Below are positions 26,064 to 32,407 of a stretch of DNA of 39,791 nt, one piece after another. Below the pieces are notes generated by a model, which was not told the DNA's origin, made no database searches, and was given only the letters and a program-made list of their open reading frames with translations. A program made the translations under genes and the position numbers. This DNA is from a virus. Position 1 is the stretch's first letter, and each line of letters starts with the position of its first letter. The stretch is from the IMG/VR virus record IMGVR_UViG_3300030049_000004, one strand, 5' to 3'.

Positions 26064-26546
26064 TCACAATCTCGAATATTCCTCTTTCGCTTTCAGATAG
26101 GCTGCGTGGGCTTCTTCGGGGGTGTTGTGCCAGCTAATATATTTGTACTTCTTCCCCAACCAAAGACGAGCCGCAAATCGTTTGTTGTCTTGATAGACCC
26201 CTTTTAAACCATGTTTATTTTTTACTTGCAGGTCACATTGCTTCATCATCTGCGAGTGGTCTACAGATTTTAAATTCTCTATTCTATAATTAGTTGGGTT
26301 GCCATCAATTTCAATTAAATAATCTGGTTTTATTTTATGATGATATAAATAAATCAAATGACCATAAGACCAATTGTATTTTTTGTTTTTTACGCGAAAT
26401 GAAACCGAGAATAATAATTTCTTACTGTTTCCGTTAATGGAGCCATAAATTGTCGTGTTGCATTTTCTTCGTATCAACTCACCATCCCGATACACATAAT
26501 TCTCATGCAAATAATCATAAATCAACTCAACTTCGGCTTCTGTCAT
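26064..26546 (-). CDS. HNH_3-like / AP2-domain homing endonuclease-like protein
   Basis: ..IEIDGNPTNYRIENLKSV.. is an HNH_3-type core with the usual His missing. The C-terminus GLKGVYQDNKRFAARLWLGKKYKYISWHNTPEEAHAAYLKA is an AP2 DNA-binding domain. Confidence 0.6.
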   Translation of the reverse strand: MTEAEVELIYDYLHENYVYRDGELIRRKCNTTIYGSINGNSKKLLFSVSFRVKNKKYNWSYGHLIYLYHHKIKPDYLIEIDGNPTNYRIENLKSVDHSQMMKQCDLQVKNKHGLKGVYQDNKRFAARLWLGKKYKYISWHNTPEEAHAAYLKAKEEYSRL

Positions 26547-26887
26547 TTTCGAACACTCTCCACAGCTCTTTGTATCTTATCAATAGCAATACCTCCAGCA
26601 CAGGGTGCCGCCTGTATTTTAGGTCTAAGCATCTTCCGAAACACATTCTCAACAATCGCATACATCTCAGGCGAACTACGTTCTTCTTTATTGGTATCAG
26701 CATGGTGTCGACCAGGACGAAGATTAATCTTCGGATTTTTTTCCCATTCCAAATAAGCCATAGAAGCCTCTTCAATAGTATCAAAATATCCTAAGTAATG
26801 ACCTTTTCGATCAATCCATCCGATAGCACAATATCTGTCGCCTTTTTTATAAACACCCTTAAATCCTGTTTGGTTGGGACGGCTCAC
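26543..26887 (-). CDS. AP2-domain protein (truncated homing-endonuclease-like)
   Basis: GTG start overlapping the upstream stop. GFKGVYKKGDRYCAIGWIDRKGHYLGYFDTIEEASMAYLEW is an AP2 domain. Confidence 0.55.
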   Translation of the reverse strand: MSRPNQTGFKGVYKKGDRYCAIGWIDRKGHYLGYFDTIEEASMAYLEWEKNPKINLRPGRHHADTNKEERSSPEMYAIVENVFRKMLRPKIQAAPCAGGIAIDKIQRAVESVRK

Positions 26888-27129
26888 TTATATTCATCCT
26901 CAACGATAGATTGATAAGTCTCTAAATTCATATTTTTAATTTGCTCTTGAATAATTGACATTTCTGCTTTTAATTTTTTAATGTTAACCATCATCAAAAA
27001 TAAATCTTTATTATAAAAATAATCTTTAAAAACAATATGAAAATGTGAATAAAGAATAATCATCAAAGCAATTGATGAAGCAGCTCCACCAAGCATTCCA
27101 ATTAAAAATACATCCATTTCAGTCAGCAT
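26884..27129 (-). CDS. Single-pass membrane protein with coiled-coil C-terminus
   Basis: ..MDVFLIGMLGGAASSIALMIILY.. transmembrane segment followed by KKLKAEMSIIQEQIKNMNLE. Start at 27129 or 27117 (the ORF-track 27165 start lies inside the upstream gene). Confidence 0.45.
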   Translation of the reverse strand: MLTEMDVFLIGMLGGAASSIALMIILYSHFHIVFKDYFYNKDLFLMMVNIKKLKAEMSIIQEQIKNMNLETYQSIVEDEYK

Positions 27130-27766
27130 GGCAAATTTTCCTATATGAACACATATTGCACACAAAAAATATAGGGTTCTTATTTATTTTTTCAGGGGCT
27201 TCTGTAGCCATTGCAATCTTTCGTGCCTTTTCGCGCAGCTCATGATAATAAATATCATCATAAGTCACCCATTCGTGATGAAGCTCAGATGTGTTTTTAT
27301 CTATTGCTAACAAAACACCGCGCGAATAACCAGCCATCCCCATGTAAGCCTGTAATTGCGCGTAATAGCTTTCCCGCCATGCAATTAATCCTTTAGATTT
27401 AAAGCTTGAAAATGAAGCTGTATTAGCGGTTTTAATCTCAACAATGGCAATGGGTTCTGCTTTAGACAAGAGAATGGCATCACAGTGACCTTGAAACAAT
27501 GGAAAAGAAGCATCTCGCAATGGCTTATCACGAACAATATGCAATCCAGCCTGCTCCATATAATCCAATAGCATTCCCTCGAGACGCTTGCCAATATCAA
27601 AGGTGGTCTTTAAACTAGGTGACGGCTTTGAGGATTCGGCTCCTTTGAAGCCGTACCATATTGCGCGATCACATTTATTCCCTATACTGCTTGCGCCAAT
27701 GTAATGACGCTTTGCGTCTAGCGGAGATTCAGCTATTGTTTTTGTTATTATTGCCGACAGATCCAT
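27119..27766 (-). CDS. Cas4/RecB-family PD-(D/E)xK exonuclease with 4-Cys cluster
   Basis: HCD..VEIK core, QLQAY motif, one N-terminal Cys (NKCDRA) plus C-terminal CNMCSYRKIC (C-x2-C-x5-C), as in Cas4-type Fe-S nucleases. Confidence 0.75.
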   Translation of the reverse strand: MDLSAIITKTIAESPLDAKRHYIGASSIGNKCDRAIWYGFKGAESSKPSPSLKTTFDIGKRLEGMLLDYMEQAGLHIVRDKPLRDASFPLFQGHCDAILLSKAEPIAIVEIKTANTASFSSFKSKGLIAWRESYYAQLQAYMGMAGYSRGVLLAIDKNTSELHHEWVTYDDIYYHELREKARKIAMATEAPEKINKNPIFFVCNMCSYRKICHAD

Positions 27767-27818
27767 TGTGATTCCTTATTAAATTAGTGCTGGTTTACGT
27801 CCAGCAACGTCACTCATA

Positions 27819-28391
27819 TCAGAACGGTAAATCATCGCCAATATCCGGCATCTTATTAGCATTACGCTGCAGTGCACTGTCAGTAGGATGGCGAACAACT
27901 TCAGCCTTTATGCCTGTTTCAGTGGCAATAGAGCCAGAAACGTGAACTTCACGGACAAAGTTGCCTTGCATCATCCCGCCATCAGCTTTAGGCATAGACC
28001 ATTCACCAACTTTAATGGAAACAATCTTATTTATCATAAATCCAAGTTCAATATCATTAGGGGCTTCATTATGGGTAGGCTTGAATTCACATAGCTGCAT
28101 GATTAATTTAAGCATATTCAAATTGCGTTGTATTTGCTCTGGCTTTCCATCAAAGCATTTTATTTTCAACGCCACTTCACGCGACTTGAAATCACCGTCA
28201 AGCAGTTTGAAATTAACATTGTAAAATTTATCAGTAGTTCCGGTGTGTTTATTCTCTTTTTCAACTAGATTAAAGTTTTTAATCATTGCTGATGCAATGG
28301 TTCCTTCTGGCAATATGGTGAAGTCGCCGACAAAGGCATCTTCTGGTTTACCACTTGGTAATTCGCCCGTTCCCGAGGTCCAAAAACTCAT
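27819..28391 (-). CDS. DUF669-like protein (putative ssDNA-binding partner of the ATPase)
   Basis: ..FTILPEGTIASAMIKN..K..FYNVNFKLLDG.. pattern, and the gene order ATPase-DUF669-nuclease-helicase typical of this module. Confidence 0.55.
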   Translation of the reverse strand: MSFWTSGTGELPSGKPEDAFVGDFTILPEGTIASAMIKNFNLVEKENKHTGTTDKFYNVNFKLLDGDFKSREVALKIKCFDGKPEQIQRNLNMLKLIMQLCEFKPTHNEAPNDIELGFMINKIVSIKVGEWSMPKADGGMMQGNFVREVHVSGSIATETGIKAEVVRHPTDSALQRNANKMPDIGDDLPF

Positions 28392-28392
28392 T

Positions 28393-29157
28393 CTATTTCT
28401 CCTGATTAAAATACGGTATATGTTTTGCTATTTCATCGAAAGACATCTTTATCTCTGATGGCATATTAAATCGGTTTTTACTGACATGCCCATCTGATAC
28501 TCCAGCCATGATGACTCTGTCATTTGTGCTTCGAACAAGCGTTCTTCCGCTATCAGTCTCACTAGTAAATGACTTCAGTCGACAGAAGAAAACCCCGTCA
28601 ACATCATCGACGTAAACAGCGCGGCTTTTCTCATGATTCATAATGATTGAATAAATATCAAAATCCTCAGCATCAGGGGCTTTGTGTTTGATCACCCCAA
28701 TATGAGCTACGTAAATCACGCAAATACCGCGCTCTTTGAACTTATCCATCAAACCCTTGAATGCAGCATGGATTGAGGCAGCTTTCAGATATCCAGCTCC
28801 GTAGCCGCCACAAGCAGCCGTCAGCGTGGATGGCTTTACGCCATTTTTACCGATCGGTTCACCTTCAAGAATATACTCAACAATTAGCTGGTCAAGCTTG
28901 CTAATGCTATCAATGACAATGGTTTTAAATGGAATCTCTTCGAGCGCCAACAACGCTTTGATGTTTTTCCATATTTCATTGAATGATAAGGCTATTGGTA
29001 ATGCTTGAATCCCCGGAAGCTCATTATCTTCAGTAAGCACAAATAATGGTGAAGGGAAGTGACTGGCAAGCGTGGATTTTCCAACCCCAGGCTTGCCATA
29101 AAGTGTAATTCGTGGAGCACCAGGCTGCGTGGTGATCACACTATCTAAAATACTCAT
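28393..29157 (-). CDS. RecA-like AAA_24-type ATPase
   Basis: Walker A YGKPGVGKSTLA, Walker B TIVIDSIS. ATG 29157 shares its A with the upstream stop (the ORF track extends to TTG 29166). Confidence 0.75.
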   Translation of the reverse strand: MSILDSVITTQPGAPRITLYGKPGVGKSTLASHFPSPLFVLTEDNELPGIQALPIALSFNEIWKNIKALLALEEIPFKTIVIDSISKLDQLIVEYILEGEPIGKNGVKPSTLTAACGGYGAGYLKAASIHAAFKGLMDKFKERGICVIYVAHIGVIKHKAPDAEDFDIYSIIMNHEKSRAVYVDDVDGVFFCRLKSFTSETDSGRTLVRSTNDRVIMAGVSDGHVSKNRFNMPSEIKMSFDEIAKHIPYFNQEK

Positions 29158-29279
29158 CAGCAGCAATCCTCAACATACAACCCAGCAGACTTAGGGGTAT
29201 CAATCTCGATTGTCTCTGGTTTGTAATTGTTGGTACAGGCGCCCAAGAGCACCATAATTAGTAAAAATCCATATTTCAT
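29157..29279 (-). CDS. Small lipoprotein, 40 aa (MKYGFLLIMVLLGACTNNYKPETIEIDTPKSAGLYVEDCC)
   Basis: Hand-translated. Signal peptide plus lipobox L-G-A-C (Cys15). Start is 1 nt after the upstream TAA and its stop overlaps the ATPase ATG. Confidence 0.5.
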   Translation of the reverse strand: MKYGFLLIMVLLGACTNNYKPETIEIDTPKSAGLYVEDCC

Positions 29280-29280
29280 A

Positions 29281-29706
29281 TTAGTTGGCACTCGTAATTA
29301 GCACGTTAAGTTTAGATGGTTTTTTGCTCACCATCGTTGCGATCAGCTCCAATTCTTCAGCGCTAGCGTATTTCTCTGCATCACGAAGAGTAGCTTTATC
29401 GATATCAAACGATATACGTTGTTTGACGAAATTGAAACATTGAGGTAATCGTCCAGCTGATATTTGATATTCTTCTTTATTTAAACTGTAGATATAGCCG
29501 GTTTTGGCTGTTATCTTCCACTTTCCAACCGTGTAGGATTTGCTGCCATCATCAGTATGATTGAGTAATTCAGCAACACGTGGCTCAAGCGCTTCCTTAA
29601 TTCTTTTTAGCTCGGCAAGTTGGAAATTTATGTTATTCAGCGTGGACACCAAGTCTTGTAATTCATTATCACGGGCTTCTTCAGGACTGTATTGATATTC
29701 GTTCAT
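29281..29706 (-). CDS. First gene of the leftward replication operon; coiled-coil protein (Gp157-like?)
   Basis: 141 aa, GAGG SD, N-terminal coiled coil (LQDLVSTLNNINFQLAELKRIKEALEPRVAELL). Family guess is weak. Confidence 0.4.
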   Translation of the reverse strand: MNEYQYSPEEARDNELQDLVSTLNNINFQLAELKRIKEALEPRVAELLNHTDDGSKSYTVGKWKITAKTGYIYSLNKEEYQISAGRLPQCFNFVKQRISFDIDKATLRDAEKYASAEELELIATMVSKKPSKLNVLITSAN

Positions 29707-29748
29707 GTGTTGCTACCTCTTCAATTGCGACGGTAATGTCGTGAGGCC

Positions 29749-29777
29749 ATTATATTTCACCTTGTAATTTATTGCAA
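29749..29777 (-). promoter_or_regulatory. Consensus sigma70 promoter for the leftward replication operon (TTGCAA-17-TATAAT)
   Basis: Minus strand: TTGCAA (29777-29772), 17-nt spacer, TATAAT (29754-29749), 43 nt upstream of ATG 29706. Confidence 0.6.
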
Positions 29778-29789
29778 CATGAATTACAA
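29762..29789. promoter_or_regulatory. Operator-like dyad TTGTAATT-12 nt-AATTACAA centred on the shared -35
   Basis: Perfect 8-bp arms at 29762-29769 and 29782-29789. Confidence 0.4.
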
Positions 29790-29801
29790 TTAATTTTTAA
29801 T
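29772..29801 (+). promoter_or_regulatory. Candidate rightward promoter sharing the palindromic -35 (TTGCAA-18-TTTAAT)
   Basis: The same TTGCAA hexamer (its own reverse complement), with TTTAAT at 29796-29801, just upstream of the Cro-like gene. Confidence 0.4.
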
Positions 29802-29809
29802 TAATTTGG

Positions 29810-30010
29810 ATGATTATGTTACTAGATGAAGTGATTAAACATTACGGCAGTAAGCTCAAACTATCGAAGGCGGTTGGTATTGCGATATCTGTTCCGCATG
29901 TCTGGGCATTCCGTGGCTACATACCTATTGAAGCTCAGCATAAGATTGAAGATCATTCCCGCGGTCATTTAAAAGCTGATTATGCACATGCAAGGAGAAG
30001 GTGTTGCTAA
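29810..30010 (+). CDS. Cro/YdaS-like helix-turn-helix regulator
   Basis: 66 aa. ..GSKLKLSKAVGIAISVPHVWAFRGYIP.. fits the Cro/YdaS-type HTH pattern. First gene of the rightward block, opposite a divergent promoter. Confidence 0.55.
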   Translation: MIMLLDEVIKHYGSKLKLSKAVGIAISVPHVWAFRGYIPIEAQHKIEDHSRGHLKADYAHARRRCC

Positions 30011-30189
30011 GTATTAGCGAAAAGGAGGAGCTCGAGCGTTTACGACGTTATGCGTCTAATATTATTAGCAACCCATATGACAGAGCTTTTTTTAATCTTC
30101 AGAAGTTGATTGACCAAACGCCTTCGTCCTCTCCTTTTAATGTGATTGCTATGGCTATTATGGAATTAAAAAGGCAAATTGATAAATGA
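30001..30189 (+). CDS. Hypothetical protein, 62 aa
   Basis: GTG 30001 (or TTG 30004) after AAGGAG; overlaps the Cro-like stop. Confidence 0.5.
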   Translation: MLLSISEKEELERLRRYASNIISNPYDRAFFNLQKLIDQTPSSSPFNVIAMAIMELKRQIDK

Positions 30190-30305
30190 AATGGCTTACT
30201 TTATTAATTGGGATGATTATCTTGTTGGGTTTATTAGCACTTCGCTTTCTGCCATTTTTAGTGGTAGCTTATATCATCGTACATTTTCTTCAAAAATGGT
30301 GGTAG
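30186..30305 (+). CDS. Small hydrophobic membrane peptide, 39 aa (MKWLTLLIGMIILLGLLALRFLPFLVVAYIIVHFLQKWW)
   Basis: Hand-translated; ATGA overlap with the preceding stop; two hydrophobic segments. Confidence 0.45.
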   Translation: MKWLTLLIGMIILLGLLALRFLPFLVVAYIIVHFLQKWW

Positions 30306-30308
30306 AGC

Positions 30309-30728
30309 ATGGTCATGATAAATGTAAAAGAGGCGATCGAGGATCGAGTTCGATATGAGCATGCGGCAGAAACCTCCACATTAAAAGAGCGCGCAGCCGA
30401 TATTGTAGCTGAATTCGGTGGTAGCTGGACTTTTATCGCATCATTCAGTGTATTTGTTGTTGTTTGGGTGGTATTGAACTGCCTTTCTCATGCGATCGAT
30501 CCCTATCCATACATCTTACTCAATCTGATTTTAAGCTGCTTGAGCGTCTTCCAAGCGCCATTCATTCTGATGTCTCAGAATAGAATGGCGCATATTGATC
30601 GTCGACGTGCTGAAGAGGATTATAAAATCAATCTGAAAGCCGAACTTGAGATCCAATCTCTTCACGAGAAACTTGATGCTTTGTCTCGGCGACTGGCGTC
30701 ATTGCCTGAGTTTGTGACGGCTCTATAA
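30309..30728 (+). CDS. DUF1003-family membrane protein
   Basis: ..GSWTFIASFSVFVVVWVVLN..IDPYPYILLNLILSCLSVFQAPFILMSQNRMAHIDRRRAEEDYKINLKAELEI.. matches the DUF1003 signature (DPYPF.LLN..LS...A.QAP.I.MSQNR). Confidence 0.7.
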   Translation: MVMINVKEAIEDRVRYEHAAETSTLKERAADIVAEFGGSWTFIASFSVFVVVWVVLNCLSHAIDPYPYILLNLILSCLSVFQAPFILMSQNRMAHIDRRRAEEDYKINLKAELEIQSLHEKLDALSRRLASLPEFVTAL

Positions 30729-30735
30729 CATCTGA

Positions 30736-30765
30736 TGTGGTTTTTCTCTGACAGAAGAACCCACA
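30736..30765 (+). terminator. Terminator-like hairpin after the DUF1003 gene
   Basis: TGTGGTTTTTCT-ctgac-AGAAGAA(c)CCACA, about 12 bp with one bulge. The T tract (TCTTTT) lies 8 nt downstream. Confidence 0.4.
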
Positions 30766-30888
30766 ATGATATCTTTTGGTGCCCGCATCGACTTTAAAAG
30801 TAGTTGAAGTTGAATTGTGTACTGGATTATGTTCCATGATGAAATCCTCAGTTAGTGGATGTCATGATCAGTTTAACATGGATTTAGA

Positions 30889-30917
30889 TTGATCTAATAG
30901 TGTTTAAAATGTAGAAT
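30889..30917 (+). promoter_or_regulatory. Candidate sigma70 promoter (TTGATC-17-TAGAAT)
   Basis: -35 at 30889-30894 and -10 at 30912-30917. The predicted start falls at the foot of the 30921-30952 hairpin. Confidence 0.35.
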
Positions 30918-30920
30918 GAT

Positions 30921-30952
30921 TGGCTCAAAGGTATATCAGTACCTATGAGCCA
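30921..30952 (+). other. Strong hairpin in the 390-nt non-coding region upstream of the replication gene
   Basis: TGGCTCAAAGGTA-tatcag-TACCTATGAGCCA, 12 of 13 positions paired. Confidence 0.5.
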
Positions 30953-31120
30953 GAGGGCGTAGCCCGTTGGCAATTTCAACCTGCGACAACAGGCGAAACA
31001 TGCAGATATATTATACATACCGCGTTCAAAAGTCAAGTATTAATTTAAATAAATCTATGTCATTGTTATGGCAGGGATTTTATCGTCTGAATTTTCATAA
31101 GCTCACAAGGATAGAAAGTC

Positions 31121-32299
31121 ATGAATCATTATTTTGATGTAGATGTAGCAACAAAATATAGCGTTAATATAGCAATCTTTTTAAATAACTTGGCGCATTG
31201 GACAGTTGTTAATATCGCCAACCGTAAAAACTATTATGATTTTAGGTATTGGACTTATAACAGTCGACGAGCCTTCTTGGAATTATTCCCTTACTGGACT
31301 GATGATCAACTTCGCACAGTGATTTTAAATGCGATTAAATCCGACTTAGTGATCGAAGGTTGTTATAATTCCAAAGGCTATGATCGCACAAAATGGTATT
31401 CACTTTCTGATAAAGCCTTGGCTCTTTACAAGATCAACCCAATAGCTCCAACTGATCAAGAATCAAGCAAAAACGAACCATTAGAACTTCCCAATTCAAG
31501 CCCAGCCTCATTTGGGAAAAATCCCAATTCGACCTGGGAGAAATCCCCAATGGACCTGGGAGAAATCCCCAATGCATTGGGGAAAAATCCCCAACCTATA
31601 CCAAATAGTATTCCAGATGATAAACCAAATACTACTACTACAAGAGATCAAATTTTGAACAAAAATCCTGACCCTGAACCGGTAGTAGTATTTACTGATT
31701 CTTTAACTTCAACCCCTAAGGTCAACCCCTTAATTCCGATTAACAGGATTGTGGCTACGACTGACATCGAGCTATTAACCGCATATCGTTCCAGACCGAT
31801 CTTTTCTGAAAACATTCTTTGTGAAGATGATTTTCTTTCTGCGTGTGATTCCATGATTAAAGACAGGGGCGATATGCCATTGCGAGGACGCATCAAAGGG
31901 ATTGTAGGATGGATTTTGACCGGTAATTTTGAGGAGCCAAAAGAATGGGCACGAGAGCAACGTAATATAAAAAACAGAGCCAAAGGTGAAGCGAATATGC
32001 TTTTACAAGAACAGGCGACGCGCAAAAAAGCCCCTATTACTACAAAATCAAAAACAAAAGAAGAATGCATGAAGGAAATAATGGAAAATGCATTGAAAGA
32101 TAAAAAAGAAACGATTATTGAGCCGATTTACAAAGAATCTACTTTTGATAAAAATAGTAAAAATTTAAAAAAGCAGTATAAAAAAATAGATCCTCCAGAA
32201 AATGAACAAGAAATGATGTTTCAACCCGATATGAACTTAATCGAAGAAGATAAAAAAGAGGAAGAAGAGCTACCTGAAGTATGGGAAGCTAGATTATAA
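31121..32299 (+). CDS. Replication initiator (lambda O-like organisation, origin inside the gene)
   Basis: 392 aa. Conserved-looking N-terminal domain (..NIAIFLNNLAHWTV..RYWTYNSRRAFLELFPYWTDDQLRTVI..), a central linker encoded by four iterons, and a charged C-terminus. Function inferred from architecture. Confidence 0.6.
   Translation: MNHYFDVDVATKYSVNIAIFLNNLAHWTVVNIANRKNYYDFRYWTYNSRRAFLELFPYWTDDQLRTVILNAIKSDLVIEGCYNSKGYDRTKWYSLSDKALALYKINPIAPTDQESSKNEPLELPNSSPASFGKNPNSTWEKSPMDLGEIPNALGKNPQPIPNSIPDDKPNTTTTRDQILNKNPDPEPVVVFTDSLTSTPKVNPLIPINRIVATTDIELLTAYRSRPIFSENILCEDDFLSACDSMIKDRGDMPLRGRIKGIVGWILTGNFEEPKEWAREQRNIKNRAKGEANMLLQEQATRKKAPITTKSKTKEECMKEIMENALKDKKETIIEPIYKESTFDKNSKNLKKQYKKIDPPENEQEMMFQPDMNLIEEDKKEEEELPEVWEARL
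31512..31594. repeat. Four iterons at about 22-bp spacing, each an internal palindrome; candidate origin of replication
   Basis: TTGGGAAAAATCCCAA (31512), CTGGGAGAAATCCCCAA (31534 and 31556, inside an exact 22-bp tandem duplication 31531-31574), TTGGGGAAAAATCCCCAA (31577). An AT-rich stretch follows. Confidence 0.8.
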
Positions 32300-32306
32300 T
32301 CACTCC

Positions 32307-32383
32307 GCGTGGGTACCTCAGCTGGTTAGAGGGGATGGCTTAAAACGCCGGTCAAGTCGCCAGTTCGATTCTGGTCCCACGCA
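32307..32383 (+). tRNA. tRNA gene with non-canonical (3 nt too long) anticodon arm; anticodon not confidently assignable
   Basis: Hand fold: acceptor GCGTGGG/CCCACGC + A; D arm CCTC-AGCTGGTTA-GAGG; T arm GCCAG-TTCGATT-CTGGT; 5-nt variable loop AAGTC. The anticodon region GGATGGCTTAAAACGCCGGTC folds as a 6-bp stem with a bulged G and loop TTAAAAC. Confidence 0.7.
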
Positions 32384-32407
32384 CTTAATCTACATTTAGG
32401 ATTCAAA

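Noticed and set aside
26450-26794. Plus-strand ORFs 26450..26794 and 26505..26756, and minus-strand 26527..26784, overlapping the AP2 genes
   Set aside because: These are alternative frames of the same DNA. Only the frames giving AP2/HNH_3 motifs and ATGA/GTGA coupling make biological sense.
30628-30837. Minus-strand 69-aa ORF spanning the DUF1003 3' end and the downstream hairpin
   Set aside because: It overlaps a confident gene and a terminator-like hairpin, has no SD, and nothing else is transcribed leftward there.
31512-31594. CRISPR-like array (also considered for GGAACTGCG x4 at 21809-21844)
   Set aside because: The repeats are 16-18 bp with about 4-6 bp between them (or 9 bp with none). 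They lie inside ORFs, and there are no unique spacers and no effector cas genes (only a Cas4-like nuclease). Iterons and an in-frame tandem repeat explain them.
31648-32070. 140-aa and 61-aa antisense ORFs within the replication initiator gene
   Set aside because: Embedded antisense frames with no start signals. The sense ORF is continuous and contains the iteron linker.
32307-32383. tRNA as an attP integration site or prophage boundary
   Set aside because: No integrase or excisionase anywhere. The window is a closed genome with no host flanks, and the tRNA is full length rather than a 3' fragment.
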